Source: a candidate division WOR-3 bacterium
GTDB taxonomy: Bacteria; Hydrothermota; Tepidihabitantia; Tepidihabitantales; CAIPLT01
Length of the DNA stretch: 64,000 nucleotides
Assembly: GCA_965649215.1 (NCBI GenBank)
Contig: CBFGJZ010000006.1
Span: 3,108 to 67,107 of the forward strand
Direction: 5' to 3'
Shown here: positions 9,046 through 18,413 of the stretch, one piece after another
Numbering within the stretch: the stretch's first letter is position 1
How the letters are laid out: each line of letters begins with the position of its first letter
The notes under the pieces: model-generated
Databases searched by the model: none
What the model saw: the letters and a program-made list of their open reading frames with translations, nothing else
What the model was told of the DNA's origin: nothing
Translations under genes and position numbers: made by a program

Positions 9046-10203
9046 ATGGATAAGATTTACACCGTCCGCAAGAAAACCCGACGCAATCATTTCTGGGTCT
9101 TTTCCAATGAAATTAAGAGAATTGAAGGTAATCCTCAAAGTGGGGATACGGTTTTAGTTTATGACCACGATAAGTTTATTGGTTCCGGTATTTATAATCC
9201 GCATTCTTTAATTAGCATCCGTCTCTATGACCGCCAAGAACGATTGTTGGATAAAGCATTTTTTATTGAAAAGATTCAAAAAGCCCTTACTTATCGTAAA
9301 GCAGTCCTACCTAATGAAACTGATTATCGGTTAGTATATGGTGAAAGTGATGGGCTCCCCGGCGTTGTTCTTGACCGCTATCAAAATAGTTTTGCTTTAC
9401 AAACTTATTCTATTGGGATGGAGAAAAGACATGATTTGATTATTCAAGCCCTAACTGAATTATTGCCGGTTGATTGTGTCGTGGCTAAAAATGACTTTCG
9501 CCTGCGTGATGCCGAAGGACTGGATCGATACGAAAGAGTTATTTATGGTCAAGCCACATCAGTCATTATCTCTGAAAATAAGGTTAAATATTATGTGGAT
9601 TTAATGCAAGGCCAAAAGACCGGCTTTTATTATGACCAACGCATTACCCGTGCTAAAGTCCGCGCTTTAAGTGAAAATAAAGATGTTTTAGATGTCTTCT
9701 GCTATACCGGTGGTTTTGCGATCAATGCTGCGTTAGGAAATGCGAAGTCGGTTTTAGCAATTGATGCTTCGCAATCGGCTATTGAGTTAGCAATAGCAAA
9801 TGCAAAATTGAATGGCGTCGATAAAAAGATTAAATTTTTAGTTAGCGATGCTTTTATCGGTTTACGACAATTAGTTAAAGAAAGACAGCGATTTGATTTA
9901 ATCAACCTTGACCCACCACCATTCTTTAAATCCCAAAAAGAGAAAAAACAGGGTCTGCGTGGTTATAAAGATATTAACTTACAAGCAATGAAACTCTTAA
10001 AAGACGGGGGTATTTTAGTTAGTTCGACCTGTTCCCATTATCTCTTTTGGCAGGATTTATTAGATGTCTTAAGCCAAGCCGCAGCCGATGTCAATAAGAC
10101 TTTTCGCATTATTGACCGCACGACCCAAGGACCTGACCACCCTGTTTTATTGAGTATGCCCGAGAGTGAATATCTGAGATGTTATTTTTTAGAAGTCCAT
10201 TAA
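9046..10203 (+). CDS. rlmI: Class I SAM-dependent 23S rRNA (m5C) methyltransferase, RlmI/RlmK-like (PUA + MTase)
   Basis: N-terminal PUA-like region; SAM-binding motif (VLDVFCYTGGF); LDPPPF motif IV. Confidence 0.7.
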   Translation: MDKIYTVRKKTRRNHFWVFSNEIKRIEGNPQSGDTVLVYDHDKFIGSGIYNPHSLISIRLYDRQERLLDKAFFIEKIQKALTYRKAVLPNETDYRLVYGESDGLPGVVLDRYQNSFALQTYSIGMEKRHDLIIQALTELLPVDCVVAKNDFRLRDAEGLDRYERVIYGQATSVIISENKVKYYVDLMQGQKTGFYYDQRITRAKVRALSENKDVLDVFCYTGGFAINAALGNAKSVLAIDASQSAIELAIANAKLNGVDKKIKFLVSDAFIGLRQLVKERQRFDLINLDPPPFFKSQKEKKQGLRGYKDINLQAMKLLKDGGILVSSTCSHYLFWQDLLDVLSQAAADVNKTFRIIDRTTQGPDHPVLLSMPESEYLRCYFLEVH

Positions 10204-10258
10204 AAGTATAACCTGCCTTCCTAACACTAATAAAAAGGCAGGTTGTAAGTTTATTTTA

Positions 10259-10450
10259 TTATTCTAATTCAACGCGGATTGCTGTGGTGGGACAATCATC
10301 CGCAGCTTGCTGAACGCTTTCTTCAGCACCCGGCGGTACTATTTCAACAATGACTCGAGCAACATCGCCATCCATCTCAAACACATCCGGACAAGTCTGC
10401 ACACATAATTCGCATCCGCTACACAATTCTTTATCTATTGATACTCTCAT
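10259..10450 (-). CDS. 4Fe-4S ferredoxin (small, single cluster)
   Basis: 63 aa; CSGCELCVQTCP…DDCP Cys pattern typical of small ferredoxins. Confidence 0.8.
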   Translation of the reverse strand: MRVSIDKELCSGCELCVQTCPDVFEMDGDVARVIVEIVPPGAEESVQQAADDCPTTAIRVELE

Positions 10451-10519
10451 TGTTTTGCTCCTTTCTAAAAAAATAGAAAGATACTTAATTTTAATTAATT
10501 ATCATTTTAATGTCAAGCC

Positions 10520-10547
10520 TTGTCAATCGTTAGAAAATGGGTATAAT
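10520..10547 (+). promoter_or_regulatory. Sigma-70-like promoter (-35 TTGTCA, 16-nt spacer, -10 TATAAT) upstream of the UPF0016 gene
   Basis: Consensus hexamers read directly; about 30 nt upstream of the ATG at 10576. Confidence 0.5.
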
Positions 10548-10575
10548 CAAATAAATTATTTTTAGGGGAGAGAAT

Positions 10576-10854
10576 ATGGACTGGAAATTATTTATAACCG
10601 CATTTATTACTCTGTTTTTAGCCGAACTGGGCGATAAAACACAATTAGTGATTGTCGCAATGTCTGGTTCAGGTAAATCGCCCTGGATTGTCTTTTTAGG
10701 TGCAAGTTTGGCTTTGACCGCAACCACTCTAGTCGCTGTTTTAGTAGGTGCGGGACTTCAAAAAATCTTACCTGCAAAAACCATTCATATCATTGCCGGC
10801 TCTTTGTTTATGCTCATCGGTTTGTTGTTAATCGTTAAAACCCTCCGTACTTAA
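10576..10854 (+). CDS. UPF0016 (GDT1/TMEM165) family membrane protein, single-repeat form
   Basis: Conserved E-L-G-D-K-T motif (LAELGDKTQLV) in a hydrophobic 92-aa protein. Confidence 0.75.
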   Translation: MDWKLFITAFITLFLAELGDKTQLVIVAMSGSGKSPWIVFLGASLALTATTLVAVLVGAGLQKILPAKTIHIIAGSLFMLIGLLLIVKTLRT

Positions 10855-12014
10855 TGAAAATTAAAGTCAAACCCCAGGATTTTATCGTTGAAGAAATCTG
10901 TGATTACCAGTTAACTAACAGGGGAGAGTACGCAATTTATCAATTAAATAAAGAAAGTTGGGATACCTTTGACCTACTCGATTATCTGAGCCGAAAATAT
11001 CACTTAAAAAATATCGGTCGCGCCGGTATTAAAGACCGCTACAGCCATTCAATCCAATATCTCTCAATCAAACACGGTCCCAAACGAGATATTCAAGAAA
11101 AGAATTTTACTTTAAGTTATTTAGGTCAAAGCCAAGCGCCAATTACACTTAACAATTTATTAGGTAATAAGTTTACTATCACCATTCGCGATTTAGCTAA
11201 ACCCGAGATTGAATATCTTAAAGTAAATTTAGAACAAGTTAAAAAGTATGGGATCATTAATTATTATGATGAACAACGCATGGGTTCGGCCAGAGCCCAC
11301 AAGGGATTTATTGCTGAAAAGTTAGTTAAAAAACATTATAATGGTGCGCTAAAATTGTATCTGGCAACCCCCTCAAAATATGACGACAGTAAAATGCGAA
11401 AGCTTAAAAAACATATCCTAAATAATTGGGGAAATTGGCAAAAATGTCTACTAACTGATTTTGATTATAGTCAATTACGCTATCCACTCTTATATCTCAA
11501 CAATCATCCCAAAAACTTCAAAGGTGCAATTAAAACAATTCGTAAAGACTTATTAGAAATGTTTATTAATGCCTATCAGGCATATCTGTGGAATGAAACG
11601 GTCAAAGAACTCGTCAAATCAAGAAAGATTGATTATTTTAAGGTTAATTATGGTTTTGGCGAACTCTATTTTTATGAAGAAATTGACCAAACTGATTATG
11701 ATTATTTATCATCATTAGATATTCAAGCACCAAGTTATAAAGCTAAGTTTACGGATCATAAAATTAAAGAATTAATGGATGCCGTCTTACAACGGGATAA
11801 CTTATCCTTGTCTAAGCTAAAATTAGATTTAAGGATTAAAGGACTATTTTTTAAGCCCTATGCTCGTAAAGTGTTAATGCACATTCAAGACTTAAAGCTC
11901 TTAACAATTGACCAAGATGATTTATATCCCAACCAATATAAATTTACCCTTTCCTTTATTTTAGATAAAGGCAGTTATGCGACAATATTATTGAAAAGAA
12001 TTAGCCATTTATGA
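10854..12014 (+). CDS. truD: tRNA pseudouridine(13) synthase TruD
   Basis: GIKDRYS catalytic-Asp motif, overall TruD architecture, 386 aa. Confidence 0.75.
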   Translation: MKIKVKPQDFIVEEICDYQLTNRGEYAIYQLNKESWDTFDLLDYLSRKYHLKNIGRAGIKDRYSHSIQYLSIKHGPKRDIQEKNFTLSYLGQSQAPITLNNLLGNKFTITIRDLAKPEIEYLKVNLEQVKKYGIINYYDEQRMGSARAHKGFIAEKLVKKHYNGALKLYLATPSKYDDSKMRKLKKHILNNWGNWQKCLLTDFDYSQLRYPLLYLNNHPKNFKGAIKTIRKDLLEMFINAYQAYLWNETVKELVKSRKIDYFKVNYGFGELYFYEEIDQTDYDYLSSLDIQAPSYKAKFTDHKIKELMDAVLQRDNLSLSKLKLDLRIKGLFFKPYARKVLMHIQDLKLLTIDQDDLYPNQYKFTLSFILDKGSYATILLKRISHL

Positions 12015-14797
12015 AAAAGATTATCTTATCATTAATCTGTTTTATCATACCCCTTGCTTATGCCCAGTTTTCACCAATGGGTAAATTAGACCCGAAGTTA
12101 AGGTGGTGGACTTTAGAATCCGAACATTTTGCTGTCCATTTCTCTGAGCAGGACTCTCAAGAAACACAACAAGAATTAGCTCGAGCGATTGTTTGGTATT
12201 GCGAAGATGCCCATCGTAAACTAAGTTCGTTTATGAACTGGCAAGTAAAACAAAAGACTAATGTTGTATTAGGCGATTTTTACGATTATGTCTCGGGTTG
12301 GGCAACGCCGTTCCCTAATAATACCATCTTTATCTGTCCAACTTTTGATAGAGATATGCGTGTTAATTTTTATGATTGGTTATCTCAACTTATTATTCAC
12401 GAATACACCCATATTCTGAATATGGATATGGGCTATGGGTTAGCAGGTTTCTTTAGAAAAATCTTTGGCCGCATTATAATTCCCAATACCTTAATGCCCC
12501 TTTTTATGCACGAAGGATTTACGGTCTATAATGAAACCAAGTTCACCGGCATGGGTCGAAGTAAATCCAGTTATTATAAAATGATGATGCGTGCTAATGT
12601 GTTAGATAATAACTTCTTTCCGATTGATAAATGCGTGACTTATAATTTAGCCCAATTTCCAAGTGGCGAGACCCCGTATTTTTATGGCAGTCAGTTTTAT
12701 GAGTATTTAGCTAAAAAGTATGGCGATACAATGTTAAGTAAATATGTAAACTATTTAAGCGGTGGGCTGCCGTTATTTTATAATAGCCAAGCAAAACGAG
12801 TATTTAAGAAAAGTCTGTATCAACTGTGGCAAGATTATAAGCAATATGCATCGGATCAGTATCAAAACCAAATTTGGGAAATTCAAACCAAACCAATTAC
12901 GCAAAGTATTCAAATTACCAAAGATGGATTTTATCATCAATCACCAATTTTTTCTAAAGATGCTCATAAAATATATTTTATTAAAAAAACTAATTATCAA
13001 GAACCAGTTATAATAGAATCCGACTTAATTAGCAAGAAAAGCCAAAGTATCCTAAAAAAGCATATCAGTACACCAATCCGTCTCTCTGCACAAGGCGATA
13101 AACTAATCTTTAGTATCCGCGACTATTATCAGAATTATTATTATTTTGACGATATCTATCTCTTTGATTTAAATGCACATAAATTACAAAGAGTAAGTAA
13201 AGGTTTACGAGCCAGTGATGCTGATATCAGTCCGGACAACCGTCAAATTGTCTTTGTAGCGAATCAATCAGGCCAGACCAATCTCTGTTTAATGGAATTA
13301 GAAACGAAAAAGATTAGTTTTTTAACTCATAGTGAAGATTTAACTCAATATGCACAACCCCGATTTTCCAACGATGGCTCAAAAATTGCTTTTGCCGAAT
13401 GGAAAAAAGGTGGCTATCAAGATATTTATATTTATGACTTACAGACGGAATGGATAAGACCCGTAATCCAAGACCAATATTTAGATCTAGAACCAATTTG
13501 GTCTAAAGATGATCGCTATATTATATTTGTTTCGGACCGAAGCGGGGTCTTTAATATTTATGCCTATGATTTGAAAACCGAAAGATTATATCAAATTACT
13601 AATGTATTAACCGCTGCGTTTTCACCCGCTTTATCATCTGATAATAAAAAACTCGCTTTTCAATTATATTCAAGTAAAGGATTTGATATTCATATCACTG
13701 ACTTCGTGATTGACACCTTAAATCAAGTTAGCTCAAGTATTGATGACTTTCCTTTTTTAAGTTTTAGCGAGATAGATAAATCAGATACGCTTTATAGCAA
13801 ACTATTTGCTTATAATCCCTTTCCGTCCCTTTATCCAAAATTTTGGCTACCTTGTTTCAAATATGATACTCAAAATAAGTGGTCTTATGGTCTTTTTACT
13901 TATGGAGCAGATGCTCTGTTTCACCACCAATATGCTTTACAGACGCTATATAATGTTAAAATTAAACAACCGATAATCTCTTTTAGTTATATCTATGACC
14001 GATTGTATCCGACTTTATTAGTTGATGCTAATTATGAAAATCAACGATTAGATGCCAATCTTGGTGCTCGGTTTTCATTTCTGAAAAATGATTATCAGCA
14101 GTATCTAACTATCTCATATTTATTCGATAAGTATGAGCAATATTATGACCATGGGTTAGGTGTCTTTTATCAATTTAATAATGCAAAGTATTTTCCCTAT
14201 TCTATCAGTTATGAACAAGGTAGTTATTTAGGTGTGTTAGGTGAGATTTTTGATAAAAGACTATTAAGCGATCATAATAAAGCCGATGCTTCGTTAGTCT
14301 ATGCTCAATTTATCAATTTACCAATGAAAAATCATATTCTAATGTTTAATTGTAATATTGGTTTTACTTGGGGTGATTACTTTTATACGGTGGGTAGCCC
14401 AAATGCATCATTTGTCATTCGGGGTAGTAAGCAACGCATAAGTGCGCATCATGGTATTTCTTTAATTACTGAATATCGTTTGCCAATTTTATGGATTGAA
14501 CGGGGCTTAGGTACCTTACCCTTATTCTTTCAAAATATTAGTGGTAAAGTATTCTTTGATATTGGAACGGCTTATAATTCGTTCGCGCAATTACAGAATG
14601 CCGAAATCCTGAAAGGTGCAGGTCTTGAATTGTCATTACAAACCTTATGTTTTTATCAAATACCCGTAAAATTTAGTATTGGTTTCGCTTCAGATTTACA
14701 GAAAGCCAAGATCACCGAAATCTATTTTAAGATAAATCCCACTTTGCCTTTATTTAATAACTTCATTTTTAAAATTCCTCAGGCAGTACTAAATTGA
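12011..14797 (+). CDS. Large secreted protein: N-terminal HEXXH (gluzincin-like, IIHEYTHILN … MHEGFTVYNE) metallopeptidase-like domain, central PD40/TolB-like beta-propeller repeats, C-terminal beta-rich domain
   Basis: Signal peptide; HEXXH+E motif; repeated …D.SPD/SND…I.F….G… PD40-like segments; 4-nt overlap with truD stop. Confidence 0.55.
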   Translation: MKKIILSLICFIIPLAYAQFSPMGKLDPKLRWWTLESEHFAVHFSEQDSQETQQELARAIVWYCEDAHRKLSSFMNWQVKQKTNVVLGDFYDYVSGWATPFPNNTIFICPTFDRDMRVNFYDWLSQLIIHEYTHILNMDMGYGLAGFFRKIFGRIIIPNTLMPLFMHEGFTVYNETKFTGMGRSKSSYYKMMMRANVLDNNFFPIDKCVTYNLAQFPSGETPYFYGSQFYEYLAKKYGDTMLSKYVNYLSGGLPLFYNSQAKRVFKKSLYQLWQDYKQYASDQYQNQIWEIQTKPITQSIQITKDGFYHQSPIFSKDAHKIYFIKKTNYQEPVIIESDLISKKSQSILKKHISTPIRLSAQGDKLIFSIRDYYQNYYYFDDIYLFDLNAHKLQRVSKGLRASDADISPDNRQIVFVANQSGQTNLCLMELETKKISFLTHSEDLTQYAQPRFSNDGSKIAFAEWKKGGYQDIYIYDLQTEWIRPVIQDQYLDLEPIWSKDDRYIIFVSDRSGVFNIYAYDLKTERLYQITNVLTAAFSPALSSDNKKLAFQLYSSKGFDIHITDFVIDTLNQVSSSIDDFPFLSFSEIDKSDTLYSKLFAYNPFPSLYPKFWLPCFKYDTQNKWSYGLFTYGADALFHHQYALQTLYNVKIKQPIISFSYIYDRLYPTLLVDANYENQRLDANLGARFSFLKNDYQQYLTISYLFDKYEQYYDHGLGVFYQFNNAKYFPYSISYEQGSYLGVLGEIFDKRLLSDHNKADASLVYAQFINLPMKNHILMFNCNIGFTWGDYFYTVGSPNASFVIRGSKQRISAHHGISLITEYRLPILWIERGLGTLPLFFQNISGKVFFDIGTAYNSFAQLQNAEILKGAGLELSLQTLCFYQIPVKFSIGFASDLQKAKITEIYFKINPTLPLFNNFIFKIPQAVLN

Positions 14798-14835
14798 TGT
14801 TGACATTTTTAAGAAAATAAATTATCCTTAATTTT

Positions 14836-15489
14836 ATGATTAAGCAATTACAAAAGCCCACGGTGCATCCTGCCCTTCCTCCCGCTGACTCTGAATTAGT
14901 TAAACGAGCACAACATGGAGATAATCAAGCTTTTGAAGAGTTAGTGCGGCGTTATGAACAGAAAATTTATAATACCGCATTTCGGATGTTGGGTAATCAC
15001 GAAGAAGCCAAAGATGCGATGCAAGATGCTTTTTTACGGGCTTATCGTTTTCTTAAAAAATTTAAAGGGGATTCATCATTTTACACTTGGTTGTATCGTA
15101 TTACCACAAATGTCTGTTTAACCCGTCTTAAACAACGCCAGAATAAAGAAGCCAAAACCGAATCGTTAGATGCCCCTCTAAGCGAAAATGAAGATTTGCA
15201 ATGGGAAATTCCTGATTATAAATATAATCCTGAGTTATTATATGAACGCCAGCAGATGCAAAAAGCCCTGCAAGATGCGATTAATGAATTGCCATCTGAC
15301 TATCGTTCCGTAGTAATTTTACGAGACCTGCAAGGGCTTTCTAATAAAGAAGTGAGTAAAGCACTACGATTGTCTGTCGCATCAGTCAAATCTCGCTTAC
15401 ATCGAGGCCGAGTCTTTTTACGACATCGGTTGTCTAAATATATAGATAAAAAAGTTATTAGTAATGAGAAATTGAAAGGCTATTTATGA
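14836..15489 (+). CDS. ECF sigma factor (RpoE-like)
   Basis: Region 2 (FEELVRRYEQKIYNTAFRMLGNHEEAKDAMQDAFLRAY) and region 4 motifs. Confidence 0.85.
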   Translation: MIKQLQKPTVHPALPPADSELVKRAQHGDNQAFEELVRRYEQKIYNTAFRMLGNHEEAKDAMQDAFLRAYRFLKKFKGDSSFYTWLYRITTNVCLTRLKQRQNKEAKTESLDAPLSENEDLQWEIPDYKYNPELLYERQQMQKALQDAINELPSDYRSVVILRDLQGLSNKEVSKALRLSVASVKSRLHRGRVFLRHRLSKYIDKKVISNEKLKGYL

Positions 15490-15752
15490 TAAATTGTGAA
15501 AAGTTTGACTATTATCTTTCTGCCTATTTTGATGGCGAATTATCAAAAGATTTGTGTATTGAAATAATTGAACATATTGAAATTTGTCCGAATTGTCGAA
15601 ACACTCATTATGCTTATTCTCGCCTGTTGACCTTCTGCCATCATTGCTGTGAAATTAAAGTACCCGAAAATGCCCATCAAGAATTATGGCAAACCTTAAC
15701 TAATATTTTACAACATCCCAAAATAAAACCAAAACGCAAATCCCGTCGCTAA
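15486..15752 (+). CDS. Anti-sigma factor, ZAS-type putative zinc finger
   Basis: 4-nt overlap with the sigma gene; H-x3-C-x2-C motif (HIEICPNCR) typical of ZAS anti-sigma N-termini. Confidence 0.65.
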   Translation: MINCEKFDYYLSAYFDGELSKDLCIEIIEHIEICPNCRNTHYAYSRLLTFCHHCCEIKVPENAHQELWQTLTNILQHPKIKPKRKSRR

Positions 15753-15888
15753 ACATTAAAAGTTGTAATCAAGTATCTAATCTCATAAGATAAATTGAAA
15801 AAGAGCTAATAAAATCAGCATTTTTTGAATCTCTTCACCACCCTGTGAGTCTAAATAATTGAGAGAAAATAAAAAGAAAGGGGTGATG

Positions 15889-16341
15889 AATATGAAAAAA
15901 TGGTTAACACCTTGGGAACCTTTAAAAGAATTAGAAGAAATTCGTCGAGAAATCGACGACATCTTCGAAATGAGACCTTTTCGCTTTGGCTTAAAACCGC
16001 TCTTGGCGCGCTCTTTCTCACCGGCGATCGATATCATTGATAAGAAAGATAAAATCGTAGTTAAAGCCGAAGTTCCTGGGGTTGATAAAAAGGATATGAC
16101 AATTTCTATCTCAGACGATGAATTGGTAATTAAAGGTGAGGTGAAACGCGAACAAGAAGTCAACGAAAAAGACTACTACCACAGCGAACGATTCTATGGC
16201 ACTTTCTCCCGTTCGATTGCGCTACCGGCAATGGTTGATAAATCCAAAGCCAAAGCATCCTACAAAGATGGTATCTTAGAAATTACGCTTCCGAAAGCCG
16301 AATCCGAGAAGTCGAAAGAAGTCAAACTCGAAATCGAATAA
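15889..16341 (+). CDS. Hsp20/alpha-crystallin family small heat-shock protein (ORF track start 15859; the ATG at 15889 follows the RBS AAAGGGGTGA)
   Basis: Alpha-crystallin domain signature (…ASYKDGILEITLPK…); RBS placement. Confidence 0.8.
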   Translation, partial: NMKKWLTPWEPLKELEEIRREIDDIFEMRPFRFGLKPLLARSFSPAIDIIDKKDKIVVKAEVPGVDKKDMTISISDDELVIKGEVKREQEVNEKDYYHSERFYGTFSRSIALPAMVDKSKAKASYKDGILEITLPKAESEKSKEVKLEIE

Positions 16342-16358
16342 CCATACAGTACAACATA

Positions 16359-16395
16359 AGGCTGGGCTTAAGAAACAGTCCAGCCTTTTTCTTTT
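16359..16395 (+). terminator. Rho-independent terminator after the Hsp20 gene
   Basis: aggctgg…ccagcct 7-bp stem followed by TTTTTCTTTT. Confidence 0.65.
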
Positions 16396-16451
16396 ATTTA
16401 GGTAACTAATTATCAATTGACTAAATATTAGGAATAGTTTATGATTATGTC

Positions 16452-17513
16452 ATGACTAAACGCGTATTAGTCGCATTAAGTGGCGGCGTTGATTCCGCAG
16501 TCGCTGCTTTTTTATTAAAAGAAATGGGTTATCAAGTCATTGGTATCCATTTTAATGTTATTCCGCAATCAAAGTATTTTCATAACCTTAAAAAAAATGA
16601 AAATGATCTGAAAAGCATCTGTGAGAAACTTGATATCCCATTACAGATTATCGATCTTCAAACTGAATTTCAAAGTCAAATAATTGATAATTTTTGTGCT
16701 GAATATATCGCCGGCCGAACACCCAATCCTTGTGTTTTATGTAATCGGATTATTAAATTTAAAAGTTTGCTTGAATACGCCATAAAATATGATGCTCAAA
16801 AGATTGCAACTGGTCATTATGCGATCATTGATTATGATAAAAGTAAAAACCAATGGCTATTACGACAAGCCGTGGATAAACAAAAAGATCAGTCCTATGT
16901 ACTTTATAAATTAAATCAAGAAATACTTACTAAGACCTATTTACCATTAGGGAAACTGACTAAATCCGAAGTTCGCAGTATCGCTCAAAAATTACACTTA
17001 ACAGTTGCTGATAAACCTGATAGTCAAGAAGTCTGTTTTATACCAGATCGTAATTATATCAAGTTTATAACATCCGCTCAAAGTTATCAACCGCAAACCG
17101 GTAATATTATTAATCTCCAAGGTAAAGTGATTGGTAAACATCCCGGCATAATTTACTATACAATCGGTCAGCGTAAACGAATTGGCATTGCTTCTAAAAA
17201 GCCCTATTATGTTGTTAAGATTGATGTAAAGAACAATCAGATAATAGTAGGCGAAGAAAAAGATGTGTATCAGAAGCGATTTCAAGTAAAAGATCTCAAT
17301 TATATCAATTTTAAGCGATTAACCAAAACAATAAATGCTCAAGTAAAAATTAGATATACCCATCAGCCTGCCTTAGCTTTAATTAAACCCATTAATGATC
17401 GAGTAGAAGTTGAATTTCAAGAAGCACAATGGGCTATTACTCCGGGTCAAGCTGCAGTTTTTTATGACCATGACATTGTGATTGGGGGAGGCACAATTGA
17501 ATATGTTTTATGA
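16452..17513 (+). CDS. mnmA: tRNA-specific 2-thiouridylase MnmA
   Basis: PP-loop SGGVDS, RTPNPCVLCN motif, 353 aa. Confidence 0.85.
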   Translation: MTKRVLVALSGGVDSAVAAFLLKEMGYQVIGIHFNVIPQSKYFHNLKKNENDLKSICEKLDIPLQIIDLQTEFQSQIIDNFCAEYIAGRTPNPCVLCNRIIKFKSLLEYAIKYDAQKIATGHYAIIDYDKSKNQWLLRQAVDKQKDQSYVLYKLNQEILTKTYLPLGKLTKSEVRSIAQKLHLTVADKPDSQEVCFIPDRNYIKFITSAQSYQPQTGNIINLQGKVIGKHPGIIYYTIGQRKRIGIASKKPYYVVKIDVKNNQIIVGEEKDVYQKRFQVKDLNYINFKRLTKTINAQVKIRYTHQPALALIKPINDRVEVEFQEAQWAITPGQAAVFYDHDIVIGGGTIEYVL

Positions 17514-17562
17514 AATTGTGACTTAAAAGTTGACAGAAAGAAATTTTTTAATATACTACATT

Positions 17563-18411
17563 ATGTTTAAAATACTAAAAACGCAAATTTTAGCACCAAA
17601 TATAAAATTATTTGAATTTGATGCACCACTAATTGCCCGTAAAGCTAAGCCTGGTCAGTTTGTCGTCATTCGAATTAACGAACCCGGTGAACGCATTCCC
17701 CTGACTATTGCTGATGCTAAAAAAGAAGAAGGCATTTTAGTAATCGTCTTTCAAGAAGTTGGTAAATCAACTAAATTGTTAGGGACTCTTAAAGCAGGTG
17801 ATGCAGTATTAGATTTAATTGGACCATTAGGAAAACCATCGGAAATTGAAAAATATGGCACCGTTGTTTGTGTTGCTGGTGGGGTTGGCACTCCAGAAAT
17901 CTTTCCCGTTGCCCGCGCCTTAAAAGAGACTGGCAATAAAGTAATTTCCATAATTGGTGCTCGCAGTAAAGAACTTTTAATTATGGAAGCAGAGATGAAG
18001 TCAGTTTCTGATGAGCTCTATCTTACCACTGATGATGGAAGTTATGGACATAAAGGATTAGTCACTGATGAACTAAAACGCCTGATTGAGCAAGGTGTCA
18101 AAATTAATATGGTTTTTGCAGTCGGACCGGTGATCATGATGAAAGCAGTAAGCGAATTGACCAAGCCATATCAAATACCCACCATTGTCAGTTTAAATCC
18201 AATTATGCTTGATGCGACCGGTATGTGTGGTGTTTGTCGAGTTGAAGTTGGTAAGGAAACCAAATTTGCTTGTGTTGATGGTCCGGAATTTGATGGTCAC
18301 CAAGTAAATTTTGAAACTTTGATGGCACGATTGAAAACTTATCTGAAAGAAGAAAAAGAATCATTAGAACTATTTATGAAAAAATCGCAATGTTGTTGTG
18401 GAGGTAAATAA
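17563..18411 (+). CDS. NfnA-like / sulfide dehydrogenase beta-like FAD/NAD(P)-binding, 2Fe-2S-containing oxidoreductase subunit (PyrK family). The ORF track starts at TTG 17530, but a consensus promoter at 17530-17557 argues for the ATG at 17563.
   Basis: PyrK-like fold motifs; C-terminal Cys cluster (CGVCRVEVG…CCCGG); -35 TTGACA / -10 TATACT upstream. Confidence 0.7.
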   Translation: MFKILKTQILAPNIKLFEFDAPLIARKAKPGQFVVIRINEPGERIPLTIADAKKEEGILVIVFQEVGKSTKLLGTLKAGDAVLDLIGPLGKPSEIEKYGTVVCVAGGVGTPEIFPVARALKETGNKVISIIGARSKELLIMEAEMKSVSDELYLTTDDGSYGHKGLVTDELKRLIEQGVKINMVFAVGPVIMMKAVSELTKPYQIPTIVSLNPIMLDATGMCGVCRVEVGKETKFACVDGPEFDGHQVNFETLMARLKTYLKEEKESLELFMKKSQCCCGGK

Positions 18412-18413
18412 CT

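Noticed and set aside
15783-16163. 126-aa minus-strand ORF
   Set aside because: It is antisense to, and overlaps, the well-supported Hsp20 gene. It is low-complexity with no RBS. It is a shadow ORF.
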